Shown piece after piece: positions 27,669 to 41,768 of a DNA stretch of 64,000 bases. A program made the position numbers and the translations under genes. The notes beneath the pieces are model-generated. The model had not been told where the DNA came from. It saw nothing but the letters and a program-made list of their open reading frames with translations, and searched no databases. The first letter of the stretch is position 1; every line of letters starts with the position of its first letter. The DNA lies in contig OZ024742.1 of assembly GCA_964016885.1 (NCBI GenBank), positions 256,432,001 through 256,496,000 of the forward strand, in the 5' to 3' direction. Source of the stretch: Eledone cirrhosa (lineage: Eukaryota).

Positions 27669-28489
27669 CGAAAGTAATAGAGTATATAACATATGATAAG
27701 AGATGGTAGAATTATTAACAAGAGGGAATCGGAGTGATGAGGCATACAAAAGTGCCATGGAATATTAAGAAAGGTAAAAGAGTGGGGAACATTTGAAGGA
27801 CGTTTCATGAAAAAAGAAAATAACTACAGAATCGTAATCACATCTTCGGCGGGAAAGGAAACATCACATAGGTAACGCTAACCCGCGCAATCAACATTTC
27901 AGTTGGTATGACACTGGTATATATGTAAAACAAAACTAGGGAGCAGAAGGAAGCCGTCCGTAGTCATCTGCGACTGACCGAAGAGGAGGCAGTCTGTTAT
28001 TCTGACGGGAACAGCAGCAGCAGCATCAACTTACGAGTGCCAGCGGCAGTAGCAGCAGCAATGTTGGTAGAGAAGTTGGGAGGGGATTGTTGGAGAGGAA
28101 GAGACAAAAATAGATAGATAGATAGATAGATAAATCAAAACAACACAGTAGTAGAAACACATCTGAATTTAGCTGCGACTGATGCCAAACCAGGCAGTGA
28201 CATAATCTGACGGAAGTAGCAGCAGCAGTGGTGATAGTGATGTGCGAGAAAGGTGTGTGTGTGTGTGTTAGAGAGAGAGAGAGGAAGCGGGGGGGGGGGG
28301 AGACAAAGATAGACAAATAGAGACAAAGAGAGATAAATATATAAGGAGTTAAATCTCGTTACTAGAAGGAATCTGTTTATTTTATTTTCAACTTTTCACC
28401 ACTGTTTTATCGTTCTTAATTCTCCTTGTCAAATGTTTATACTCCATCGTTCTCTTTCTCTCTTGTCTTCTCTCTTGATATAACTCTCC

Positions 28490-28685
28490 TACCACGGATT
28501 GGCAGTATTGGTAGAGGGTCGGACGCCATGCATTGACGCATATAGTTACGGCCCTTGCCATTCTGAGTTCAAATCCCGCCGAGGTAAATTGTACCATTCA
28601 AACTTACGGTGTCGATAAAATAAAGTACCAGTAATGCATTGGTTATTGCTGGCCTTGTGCCAAAAGTAGAAACAATTATATTATT
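28490..28685 (+). mobile_element. SINE family A, full-length
   Basis: A-box-like tggcagtattggtag, B-box gagttcaaatccc, tail ggccttgtgccaaaagtagaaac. Confidence 0.85.
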
Positions 28686-28880
28686 TACACACTATTCCTT
28701 TTAGTCCAACTCTCTTTTTCTCTGACCATTCTAATCGTCCTGATGTTCATAAGAGGTTATAGTTTAAACCGACCCATCGCTATTCATAATAGCATCTGCC
28801 TGTTTTACACCCATTTCCGTGTTTGAGATTCTTATAATTTTGTGAAAATTTTACATACACATCGCTTTAATTAACATTGT

Positions 28881-28950
<70 letters not shown>

Positions 28951-29225
28951 AACAAGTCCGTACCCTACAGTGGGTGTAAGTACACACACACACACACACA
29001 CTGGCACATATACACTCTTACAAATATGCGCCTATCACCTACAGGCCTACGCGCGTCTACAAAGATACATACATACATATATCTGCCTATACACAAATAT
29101 GATATACACAGAAAGTCATATAAAGCTACACAATGGGTCATACAATGGGTCATCATACATGAAAGGATGCATCTTGTTATATACATGCACAGATATAAAC
29201 AATATAACCATATACATACATCCAT

Positions 29226-29293
<68 letters not shown>

Positions 29294-29399
29294 TCACATA
29301 TATATACAGTATATATACACATACACACACATCTGTATTTGTAAGCCTATATGTTTGAATATATGTGTAGGTGGGTGTCTATATAGGTTTTGGTATTTA

Positions 29400-29869
29400 T
29401 TTCTAAATATAAAAATACATATATGAGCATGTAAATATGAATGTAAGATTGAGTGTGTATATATGATTGTACATACATATGTATGTATATATATATATAT
29501 ATATATGTATTATATATGTATGTGTATGTGAATGTGTGGTATGTATATGTGTATGTATATGTATATATGTGTATGTATGTGTATGCTTGTATATAGGAAT
29601 ATATATGTGTGTATATATGTATGTATATGTATATGCGTGTTTGTATGTATGTGTATATGTGTTGTGTATATATTTGTATGTCTCTCTATTTATATGTTTA
29701 TCTTCGTATCTATGTGATATATGTGTGTGTGTGTGCACGTATGCATATGTATGTGTTTGTGTGTGTTTGTATGTGTGTGTATATATATGTGTATTTGCGC
29801 ACACTCACATACACATATATATATATATATATGTGAGTGTGTGTATGTGTGTCTGTGTGTGTGTGTGTG

Positions 29870-29906
<37 letters not shown>

Positions 29907-30065
29907 GTATATATATATAGATATATATATATATATATATGTATATAGGTGTCTATGTGTGAATATATGTCTTTATTCGTATGTGTGTATTTATGTATGT
30001 ATATATTTATGTGTATGTATGTATGTGTATGTATGTATGTATATATATATATATATGTATATATG

Positions 30066-30096
<31 letters not shown>

Positions 30097-30399
30097 ATAT
30101 TATTCTTTATTATTATTATTATTGTATTATAACTTATGTGTATATGTGTATAAGTGAGGTTGTGTATGTATATATACTATGTGTATATATAAGAGTAATG
30201 AAATATATATATATATATATATATGTGCATGTCTGTTTTTTATGTGTGTGTATATATATATATGTATGTGTATATATATATATATATGTATGTGTACGTG
30301 TGTGTATGTGGATATATATATGTATATATATATATACATGTGGGTGTTTGTATGTGTATTTATGGTGGTATGAGTGTGTGGATATATATGTTTTTATAT

Positions 30400-30433
<34 letters not shown>

Positions 30434-30440
30434 GAGTCTA

Positions 30441-30497
<57 letters not shown>

Positions 30498-30984
30498 GTA
30501 TGTGTATGTATGTGTGTGTGTATGTATATATATGCGTGTGTATGTATGTGTGTATATATATATATCTCTATTAATGCGTGTGTATGTATATACATATGCG
30601 TTTTTTTATTATTATTTTCATTTGTATGTCTGGGTTTGGTGAGGTGGTATTGTTTTTTATGTGTATACACATATATGGAAGCGTATGTATTTATTTATAT
30701 GAGTATAAGTAGGTACATATGTATGTATGATTATATATCTAATTCTATGTATGAAGGTACATCTATATATATATATATATGTGTATATGCGTGTGTATGT
30801 AAGTTGTGTGTGTATGTATCTTTATGTCTATGTGAGTGTATATATATATATATATATATGTATATGTGTATATATATGTATATATGTATATCGATGCGCG
30901 TATATGTATGTACATGTATGTACATGTATGTGTGTATGTATGTGTATGTATATTTAGATGTATGGGTATGTATGTGTATGTGTA

Positions 30985-31063
<79 letters not shown>

Positions 31064-31290
31064 GGATATATATCTTTATTATCTATTTTTTATATATATG
31101 TGTATGTGTGTATGTGTTGCGCGTGTGTGTGTGTGTATATATATCTTTTTATATGTGTATGTGTATGTTCGTGTAAATGTATGTGTGTGTATGACTGTAT
31201 AGGTATGTGTGTATGTATGTATGCGTAAATATCTCTATGTGCGCGTACATGTATGTATGTATATGTATATCTGTATGTGTATGTACATTA
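29400..31290. repeat. ~1.9 kb compound (TA)n/(TG)n/(TATG)n microsatellite
   Basis: Low-complexity throughout; source of the spurious 417-aa ORF. Confidence 0.95.
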
Positions 31291-32209
31291 TATTATATTT
31301 ATTATATTTTATTGTTTTTATTTTTTTATTTTTCTTAATTTATAGATACATTTATATTAGGCAGTCTGGTCTGACAATCTAATACTGACCCCTCCCCCCC
31401 TCCCACCTAATTTCTGTATCTTGATCTTGAAATGTGTGTGCCAGTGTTTTATGTGAGTGACTTAATTTCTATTTGCTTATGATTTTATATCCACATATAT
31501 AAATGTGAGTGGGGGAGTGTGTGTGTTTGTATGTTCGTGGTTATGTGTATATTTATGCATATACGCGCATGTATGTGTGATTATACTGATATGTGTGAGT
31601 ATGAAAAAAATATATTTATATGCTTGACTCCATAAGTATCATTGCGCATCTTATCAGCGCATTAAGCTTACAGAGATATTAACCTTGAAATTTTGTTGTT
31701 TGCATCCATCTTTTTAGTATGCACATACAAATTATACACACATTATTGTAAAATATGTGTAAGGTTTTTACATGTATATACACACACCAAACTGCTTTTA
31801 ACCCTTTGTGTTTTCATTGGTCAATTTTGAACTGATATTTTGAATTGTTGTTATTATCAATAAATATACTTCATTATTTCTGAAGACGGCGTATATATGA
31901 GTTAGGTATGTATATTTAATCTTGATAATTTGTATAATTTTGTATAATTTTGTACATAGATCTGTTGAATATGCATACCAATTATAACACATATATGCCC
32001 TAGAAACGATCGTTAAATAGTGAACTTTTTTTGTTTAATATAAGGAATTGTTTGTTCATTATTTGTTTAATATTTTATCTTGACTCTGTATACCGTTTAT
32101 CTTTCACCGAAAGTGGATTTTCATTACATCTCTTCTTTCCATGATATCCGGAATACATTGAGTTCTTCATACGGATTGGACACTACCGTAAACTCTTGGT
32201 AGATTTATC

Positions 32210-32255
<46 letters not shown>

Positions 32256-33346
32256 ATGTGTGTGCGTGCGCGCGTGCGTGTATGTGTGTTTGAGGGTGTG
32301 TGTATGCGTGTGCATTATGTGGGTTGTGTGTGTGTGTGTATGTGTCTGTGTAAGTAGAGAAGTTGTAGAGACTTCTACTTTGAAAATAAATATCTGCACG
32401 CTATCCACCTATATTGTGAGTTCATACAGTTACATGTTTGACTATATTAAATACTACCTCATTTTAAACGCGTATTCTAATATCAATCTCTCTAACTCAC
32501 TATCTATTTATCTAGCGACACTTACACACACGCACACACACACACACATACACACACACACATATATATATATCCATGCACGGGAATGTATATATATAAA
32601 TCTATATGCGTAACTAAACATATATAACAAGCAACAGGATTTCTTCAATACATTACTTCCGAAAGTTGATTCAATTAATTCGAACACAATTCAGAATTGA
32701 AAATTCAATATCTGGATTGTTAAATTCCTATATTTTGTTTATTTATTTTACTGCTCCTCGTTGCACCTAATTTCCCTTCCTTTACTGTTTTTGTTGTGGC
32801 TGTTGGTTTTTGAAATGTAAAATAAACCGTACGTAAATGCTAAAAGCTAAAACTTACTCAATTTACTACATATTTAATATACATTCGGTTAGTCGGTTAA
32901 CTGTCAATCGTAGACTCGAAGAATATGTTATAGTTTGTAAATATTCTAGTATTAAGCGCAAATCATATATAAGTATGATGCCTGTCAGTGTGTAGATTTT
33001 GACATATTTATTACGGCTGAATTAATTGAATTTAAGCATAAACTCTTCGAGATATTTGGTAAAATTTCTGCTTCGAAAGATAAGCGTATATTTCTCTGTT
33101 TCATGCCAGTTGAACAAATTATCGTTTTTATCGATATTTCCTCAGGAATTGAAGTAGGTACCTAATCTGCAAACTTACTGAAAATGAAAACACAATATTT
33201 TCTTTATATCAAGTCAAAATATATCTGAAACGTTAATAAACATCCACGAAGGTTACAAGCAATGCAACTTTGCATGTAAAGAGATATCTCAGTACCTAAT
33301 TGGAGAAGCATAAACACATTCATACATACTCACCCTCCCCACATAT

Positions 33347-33386
<40 letters not shown>

Positions 33387-33869
33387 TCGCTCGCACACAC
33401 ACACACAAATGAGTACGTTATATATTTTCCATTAGCAGTAACTTTTTCCCGAAAAATTGCGTAATAAAATATATGAATATTCAACAACATCAAATATGTT
33501 TGGATTAATATATTCAAGTTAGTTTCTAGTTTACACACATTATAGATAATTCTAACCTAACTTCTCAGTAGATAGAAGACCATTGTAATTTATACGGTGA
33601 ATATTTAAGAAAACTAAAATCTGTTCACGCTGATCCGCGTTTTTCTCTTCCCTGAGAACTCTAGTGTAAACTCTAGTGTAAACAATTTGTTTTCATTCCA
33701 AATGTTGTTTAAAATTGCACAATTGTTAAAAGAGATCATATCTCATATTTCAAGTAATTAGAAAATGCCTTCATTGTGTATATTATCAATTCGTCAATAT
33801 AGCTATAAAGCAGAGGATATTTTTATTATTGATTATGTGGTATGAATATGTATATTAAGTAGTGTGTAT

Positions 33870-34085
33870 CTCCGTGGTTTGATGGGGAGCGACGTAAGTT
33901 CACAATCAAAAGGTTGTGAGTTGAATTCTCGACGGTGAAGAGTGTCCTTGAGCACGGAAAAGTAATATGAATTGCTCCACACAGTCAGCCGAAAATTAGT
34001 TTTATTTGTAATTTAAAGGTCTATAAGTGTTGCCTGCTTTGCATAAATCGCACGTAAATTTTATGAGCAGGCTGTACATCTGATT
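33870..34085 (+). mobile_element. Degenerate SINE family B
   Basis: tRNA-like head gtgagttgaattc, gtgtccttgagca, ttgctccacacagtcagc, tttatgagcaggctgt. Confidence 0.65.
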
Positions 34086-34499
34086 TAAAAACTGATATAC
34101 CCATCGTTCTATTCCATCAATATCCTACACAAGGAAAATATATAATTTTCCACGCAAGGTTTATCTCAAAGAATGGCAATCTTCCGAGGATCTCGGTTTA
34201 AATTCGTCGTCCCCAGTGGAACACTTTTAGCAAGATAGCCAATTTTTGAAATTAAATAAAATATTCACATATATTTCTTTCTCACAGATGGATTATAGCA
34301 CCTGTGGGTATTTCTTTTATAATCGCACACACACAGACGCACGATATGCACACATATAAATATATATATATATTGCAGATGATAAGGCGGTTATACGTGG
34401 TTGTTACGTTTTAAGTTCGTGTGGATAAGCCGGTTCGAACGATCAAATAGTACGTAAATAGTTTATCCCAGGTAAACATTGGTGATTTGGAGTGACGGA

Positions 34500-35722
34500 G
34501 TATTCATTTACCAAATTTACCCTACCTTTGCTTCCGTACCCTCTTTTCTGACCCAGGAACTTCTCGCTTCTTTCTAAACCAACACATCCCCGCCATTAAC
34601 CTCGTTCGAAATCTCTGTGACCTGCTAATACGGAGTTCCTTCCCTTCTTCCACTCTGTAACTTCTGCCCCTTCATTTCTAACATCTCCACTCACCGAGGC
34701 CCTAACTGTCCTTACCTATCCGTCATTCCTTCACCTGCATATCCAACGCGTAGTTTATACTCTCCGGTGTTTCCTTTGCTGGTCCATATATACATCAGAA
34801 AAACAGGCCGCCATCTGGCGGACGATTTCGTTAAACATTTAAGAGACGTGCGAATCAGCATGGAAAACACCGTCGCTCACCATTTACGTTTCCTAGTTCA
34901 CTCCTCCCTACATGTCTAATTCCTTGATATCGTTTACAGCATGAATCACTGGCCTCGAGCACAAGGAATGAGCAGAGTCTGACTTTCCGCCCTAGGTCCA
35001 CTTTTCCTATTGTACTCAATTCCCTCCCCAATTTCTTTAATCATACAGACTCATGTTCGCATTTATTTCCATACCAATAGCCTCTGTCACCCCTAAAGCA
35101 TGCGCGCGTACATTCATCCCCTATGTTCCTACTGCTCTGCTATGGTCAGAAACACATTATTATGTTATACAGTCAGACAATACACACACACACACCTTTA
35201 CACTTATCTTCTCAGTACTGTACGGACTAACAACTAACACACACTCCAAACATTCACATGCAGGTACATATCCTCACAGTACCGTACTTCCAAACACACA
35301 GAAACACCCGTAAACATACGCACACATATATTCTCTTAGATTCGTACCGACGAATAGCAAACACATGTAGACGCGTGTACACAAGCACACGCACAGAAAC
35401 ACGGTCTTTATAAATAACGTTTCTTTACTTTTCAGATATACGCGTTCCATCACCAGTTTGACAAAAAGCTCAACGCATACAACAACGCCAGCATTAACAG
35501 TTTTCCAAGAGATGGAGACGTGAATAGACCTGCTTTTTCTTTCTCAAAGAAATCTGTCGTTTATACCTCTGCCCAGTCTCCGCTATATTTCTATTTCTTC
35601 TTTATTTTTTATTGATGAAAGACTTGCATCCGAAAAGTTAAGATTATTTTCCTACTATATCAATCGTAAAACTAATAATATATTCCTTCGTTGTAACGTG
35701 TTGTTTGTTTTATTTCCTTTTG
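34500..35722 (+). mobile_element. Neptune-type PLE 3' remnant (GIY-YIG + pseudo-LTR)
   Basis: RNLCDLLIRS, FTCISN, VVYTLRCFLC, YIRKTGRHLADDFVKHLRDVR; decayed HHR ttgatgaa..tccgaaa at 35612; tail similar to 49640 and 61150. Confidence 0.7.
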
Positions 35723-35811
<89 letters not shown>

Positions 35812-35828
35812 GTGTGTGGGTGTGTGTG

Positions 35829-35881
<53 letters not shown>

Positions 35882-36028
35882 GTGCGTGTGTGTGTATCAC
35901 GTGTTCAATCCGGGGTAACCACTGTAAGTAAGGTACTCGATACATAGCAGAGTATAAATATTTAATATAGAAATGTCTTCTAAAGGAAAGCCTGATGACT
36001 GCCTTCAGTTCTAGTCATGTAGAATCCA

Positions 36029-36107
<79 letters not shown>

Positions 36108-36219
36108 TAAGAGGAATTCCAACTTTGTCTGATTTACTCGTTTTATTTACAATCCTTTAAAATTTATAATGGTATTATAATGAAATAGTATGATAGAATA
36201 TTAAATTCTAAGTGTTAAT

Positions 36220-36258
36220 TGAACAAGTACTTTCATGCTGTCGCAATCTTCAGGTTCA
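36220..36258 (-). ncRNA. Minimal type I hammerhead ribozyme
   Basis: Minus strand: tgaac-CTGAAGA-ttgc gaca gcat-GAAA-gtac-TT-gttca; 5 bp stem I, palindromic agtact. Confidence 0.85.
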
Positions 36259-36652
36259 TAATATGTGGTGACAGTCAAGTTTGCAATTTTCAACTGTAAT
36301 AAGATGGGTAAATTTCCTACCTTTTATACATTTTATACAGAGAAAAGTGGATCCAGAATGCTAAACCCTGCAAACTGTATTTCGACCAATCAGTGTGTAG
36401 TTTCACGGAATTACTAAAGCTGATTGGTTTAAGCGTCACGGCTGGTTGAGCATGTCTAACGACCAATAATTAATCATATCCAAAGCATCAATTGTTTTGC
36501 TATTTTTAGAAATGATGAAAATAGCATTTTCTATTAATCATCACCATCAACATCACTTTTATTATTATTATTATTGTTGTTGTTGTTGTTGTTGTTGTTA
36601 GTGGTCGTAGTCATGGTGGTAGTAGAAGTAATACTCCTAATCATTATTATTG

Positions 36653-39440
36653 TTCATTTAGCTTGGGTTTGAATTTAGTCAATAAAATTCTTTTCTTTGA
36701 TTTTTCTCTTGATTTCACTTGGGCTGTGTAATTTGTAGAATGGGAATATTATAAATATTCCCTGACCACATGTTGCTAGATGGTTACTTAGGGGTATCTG
36801 ACGGACATTTGGGGTCTCTGATTTGTTGACGGTGTACCCGTGCACGTTCCGATAGTGCATTTCCAGTTTGACCGACATATAGTTCTTCACAATTCGGGCA
36901 TTTAATGCAGTAAATTAGATTTCTGCTTTTGCAGTTCATATTTGCATTTGGGAATATTTTTCCAGTTTTTGTTTTCATATATTGACCGGCGTGTATGCAT
37001 TGACATGTACCGCATCGACTATCATTGCATTTAGATACAGTGAATGATTGGTCTTTGTTGTTAAGGTCAAACTTTGCTTTTGAAAGTAATTGCTTCAAAT
37101 TTTATGGCTGTCTTTTACTAAGAGTCAAAGATCGATCTGTAATTAAGCCTTTTAATTCATTACTTTGAGCAATGATCGGTAGGTTTGCTTTAGCAGTGTT
37201 GAAGATATTCTGGTGACATGGGTTGTGTGTCATTATAAATGGTATGACCAGTTCTTGGTTTCTTCTTCCTTGGGTTGTTCTAAGTTGTTGTATAGGTATT
37301 TTTATAGCCCGCTGTATGCCATTTTCTATAAGTAGAGATGGGTATTTTTGTTTGAGCAAAAATTCACTTAGTTCTGTTAGGCGTTTGTACCTGGTATTCG
37401 TATCTTCTACAATGGTACAAATTCTTCTGGCTAGGCAGTATGGGATGTTGCGTTTTGTATAAGGTGGATGGCACGACTTAAAATTCAGATATTGATGGGT
37501 GTCTGTGTGTTTATAATATAGATCCGTGGTAATGGTGGTATCGTTTTTGAATATCATTATATCTAGGAATTATAATTTGGTCCTACTCATCTCTTTTGTG
37601 AATTGGAGAGATGGGTGTAGGTTATTCAGGAGGATATTGAACTCATCCAGAGTATCTAGAGATTCTGTCCAGATGAAGAAACAGTCGTCAAGATATCTCT
37701 TCCAAGATTTTTCAATGTACTTTCTAAAGTAAGTACTATATTTTTCCTCTATTTCTTGGTAGAGTTGTTGTTCTAAGTATCCCATTACAGAGTTCGCGTA
37801 ACCGGGAGCAAACTTCGTTCCCATAGCTGTGCCTCTAATTTGGATGTAATTCTTTCCATTGAAAAGAAAGTGTTGTTTTCCAGAATAAGTTTAACTGCGT
37901 CTAATATAAATGACGCTGTGAATCTGATGGGAATCACTTCTCTATGTTTTTCCACCCAGTATTTAACTGCCTTTATTCCTAAATCATGTGTAATGTTGCT
38001 GTAAAGGCTTACCACATCAAAACTGAGTAGAAGTGAATTCGTTTCCGTGGTTTTGGGAAGATGGGACAGGAAGTCGATATCATCCCGGATGAAACTGGGT
38101 ATGTGAATACATAGTGGTTTCAAAATAATTGTTTCTACTTTTAGGCACAAGGCCAGCAAATACCCATTGCATTACTGGTACTTTATTTTATCGACCCCGT
38201 AAGGATGAAAAGCAAAGTCAACCTCGGCGGGATTTGAACTAGTGGTTTCAAAATAATGTCAACAAAATTGCTTAGACGGTGGGTGGGGCATGTTGGACCA
38301 GCTATAATAGGTCTAAGTTTTAAGTCTTTTGGGTGTAATAATTTAATGTACTCACTGTTTTGTTCTCTTACTGCCAGTTGTATTTCTTTTGACTTATGAA
38401 CTTTCGGTAGGCCATACAGGTTGCTGGGTTTCGACTCAAAATTGGTGATGTAGTCTCTTTCCTTATCAGTAAGTGAGTTGTGGTATTTTGAAGCCAGGTT
38501 GTTGATTTTCTTCATGATGTTGTGGTCTATATTTGACGGTATTTCATGATAGAATGTTATGTCTTTCAATTGTTCCTCAACCAAATCCTTGTAGTATTCA
38601 GTATCCATTATAATAACTGCACCCCCTTTATCTGCTTGTTTAATTATTATTGTTTTATCATTTTGTATACGTTTAAGTGCAGACATTTCTGATTTGTTAA
38701 TGTTTGGCCTAGCATTAGTATTATGTCTAAGAGGAAATTTAGACAGGATGTCAATGTATTGGTCGAGATAGTTATTTCTTCCTTTTGGCGGAGTGAAATT
38801 TGATTTATTCTTTACTAGTGATTCATTTACTCTCATTACTTTTATCAGCGAAGAATTCTACAAGACGTAATTTTCGACAGAATTCTTGGGTATCCTCCTT
38901 CAGTTCTTGGTGGTTAACTGTTGGAGTCGGTGTGAATTTCAGTCCTTTTGACAGAATTTGCATTTCATCATTGTCAAGATCTCTTTTAGATAAATTAATT
39001 ATTTTAGGATCTACGTGTACAGTTGTTTTGGGTATGTTTCCTCTTGGAGTTTTTCTTTTTCCGGTTTTTGTTGTCCTGACGTTAAAAAATGGATTTTCCT
39101 CTGTTCAGGATTTATATTCCTGTTGGTGTTCGCTTGATGAACTTTTGGTCGTGATATTATATTTGGTTTCGTTATGTATTTTGTCCTATTTTTTAGTATT
39201 CTGTATATTATTTTTCTTCCTGTTAGCATTATTTTTAACAATCTGGGGAAATGACCTAGGTTTGCTTTCAGGTTTAGATCGTTTTTTCGTCCAGTTTCTT
39301 GTGGGCAATCTCTGTTGAGATCTTGAGAGTGATCTGGTTATTCTACGTTTTGTTTCCACATTCCTTGTTGGTAGTCTCTGTTGAGATCTTGAGAATGATC
39401 TCCTGGTTTTACTACTTCTCATGGTCTGGTCAAAGGAATA
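36653..39440 (-). pseudogene. PLE RT + GIY-YIG ORF (frameshifted, SINE-interrupted)
   Basis: IIIKQADKGG, LYGLPKVHK, LRPIIAGP, SFDVVSLYSNI, MGTKFAPGYAN, RYLDDCFFIW, YYKHTDTHQYL..HP, CNDSRCGTC, NCKSRNLIYCIKCPNCEELYVGQTG..RARVH. Confidence 0.93.
38130..38239 (-). mobile_element. SINE family A (5'-truncated) inserted in the PLE RT, with 18 bp TSD
   Basis: tagtggtttcaaaataat at 38112-38129 and 38240-38257. Confidence 0.92.
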
Positions 39441-39529
39441 TCTATATCGTGTTTGTGCTTTTTGTCCATGTTGTGTGCGATAGGGTGTTTTTGTAGAAAA
39501 AGCGAAGAGTTATTAAATATATATATATA

Positions 39530-40657
39530 TGAAAGACGTAAAATAAGAAAATTATAAAAATTAACTTACTTACTATAATTTCACTCCAACTAATTAGTTT
39601 TTGAAAGGGAATAAACGTTGGTTTCCGAAGGAGAACATGGAGAAAGCCTTTCGTCATCAGGGAAGTCTATTCTCAGCTAAATTACCAGGCAATGCGTGGA
39701 CACAGGAAACTTATACAAAAATAATTCAGTGGATGGAAAAAAGCAAAGCGTGGTCTAAGTTCCAAGACAATGAACAAATCACTGCCTACTTGGTCGGTGG
39801 CAAATTCAAAAGAATCAATCACGTGACATCGAGGTTAATCAGTGAGGAGTGGGGTGTTAACAAGACAGCAGCCGAACCATTACTATGAACTATAGTAGCA
39901 GGCTTGGCATATTTTTGCTCAACAAAATAATTTTGAGATAATTATAAAGAATTAGTATATCTACCAACATATATATACATATGCATACCTATGCTAGCAA
40001 ATATATAGGTTTTGTCTTAGTAACTTTGTGGTTCAATGCAAGGGGATGCAGAAAAATCATATGAAAGACGTAAAATAAGAAAATTATAAAAATTAACTTA
40101 CTGGTATGCATCTGTATATATATGTTGGTAGATATACTAATTCTTTATAATTATCTTCAAATTATTTTGTTGAGAAAAAATTTGACAAAACTGCTACTAT
40201 AGTTCATAGTAATAGCGTTCGGCTGCTGTCTTCTTAACACCACGTTCCTCACTGATTAACCTCGATGTCACGTGATTGATTCTTTTGAATTTGCCACCGA
40301 CCAAGTAGGCAGTGATTTTTTCAGTATCTTGGAACTTAGTCCACGCTTTGCTTTTTTCCATCCACTGAATTATTTTTGTATAAGTTCCCTGTGTCCACGC
40401 ATTGCCTGGGGACTTAATTGAGAATAGACTTCCCTGATGACGAAAGGCTTTCTCCATGTTCTCCTTCTAGAAACTAATTAGTTGGATTGAAATTTTCGTA
40501 AGTAAGTTAATTTTTATAATTTTCTTATTTTACGTATTTCATATAATTGTTCTGCATCCCCTTGCATTGAACCACAAAGTTACTAAGACAAAACCTATAT
40601 ATTTGCTAGCAAAGGTATGCATCTGTATATATATGTTGGTAGATGTTCTAATTCTTT
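39530..40657 (+). mobile_element. Non-coding HHR-bearing element: ~511-532 bp unit plus a full-unit 5' inverted copy
   Basis: 39530-40102 is inverted relative to 40103-40657; each arm is about 1.1 units; HHR at 40430-40486 tcc-CTGATGA-cgaaagg..ccttcta-GAAA-ctaattag-TT-gga; (TA)n on both sides. Confidence 0.8.
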
Positions 40658-40712
40658 ATATATATATATATATACATACATACATACATACATACATACA
40701 TAATACATACGT

Positions 40713-40789
<77 letters not shown>

Positions 40790-40804
40790 TTATATATATA
40801 TATA

Positions 40805-41768
40805 AGGACAGACCGGTCCAATCTAGCCAATGTGCAACCCGCTGTAAACACGTAAGGGTTGACCGCATCATGTAATATCAGAAACTCCGTCTCGTTTCCC
40901 CTTAGCAATAAATGCCGGGTGTGAAACATAGTTTAACAATGCACGGTACGACAACCAGCTCGACACATATATATACCCACTGCATCTTACTGTGCGTGTC
41001 TCGGTCTCCTGTGGTGATGCAATTATTCCGGATATGTATCATTTCATTCCTTATGTATCCGGACTCGGCATCAAGAGGGAGTGCCAATTTGAAATGGGCC
41101 AATAGATTCCTGTAGAAGCTGGTGTTGATGCCGCCTTCTTCCGTTACTCTGATTTGGAAGTCAAGTAGATAGAGGGACCAGTTTCATCGAAGTGTTCCAT
41201 GCTGAATCTTATGTTTTTAACCATGCTCGAGAATGTTGTGTATGTTTTGTCTGCTTCACAGGATGGTGTAAGAATGAGTATGTCATCTACATATCGGTTG
41301 AAGAAGGCTCAGGAGTGGCAGGTGTTGAGGACCCGACGTTCCAGCTGGTTCATATAAGTGATGGCCAGCAGGCCCAATTCGTGTCTAGGTCGAGCTATAA
41401 CCTGTCCCCAGTCTCTGTGTTATCATGATCTTGGGACCATGACTGAGGAGTTCTAGTTCATCTCGCGAGACAGATCCTCTCAAGACCGTGACGAGCAGTC
41501 TTGCATCGAGTGCTGTGTTGTTGGTCGGTGCACCGATAGGCATGGGGTTTGTGCTGTCCTATATATACAAACATAAGGAGTATGGACCCAACGGCTGAGC
41601 ATTGCCACATCAACAGCTAGTTCTTGTCAGAAGCTTTCTGTTGAAATTGCCAGGACTCAGCTGTCGGTTCCCGACGTTTTATAATAGAACCTCAATCTAC
41701 TACACCAAGTATCGCGTGCTCTGTTGAGTAGTGGCCTACCCAGTTTGAAACTGATTCCATCCTGATTT
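40805..41768 (-). mobile_element. Degenerate Penelope/Poseidon-like RT fragment
   Basis: Minus strand: GLLAITYMNQLERRV, FFNRYVDDILIL, IRFSMEH, LLDFQIRV..NTSFYR, ALPL..GYIRNEMIHI. Confidence 0.75.

Larger units (their letters stand above)
36105..39515 (-). mobile_element. Neptune-type Penelope-like element (5'-truncated), bounded by (TA)n
   Basis: ORF remnant plus pseudo-LTR with CCAAT boxes and an intact HHR. Confidence 0.9.

Noticed and set aside
27780-28250. Moderately GC-rich unique sequence with CAG runs, possible host exon or promoter
   Set aside because: No ORF with recognisable motifs or convincing splice pair; needs RNA-seq
29949-31202. 417-aa ORF and dozens of YI/CV/HT-rich ORFs
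   Set aside because: Translations of (TA)n/(TG)n/(TACA)n microsatellites that lack stop codons by composition
39601-40457. Twin ORFs MEKAFRHQGSLFS.. on opposite strands
   Set aside because: They are antisense to the HHR unit and duplicated by the inversion; no recognisable domain
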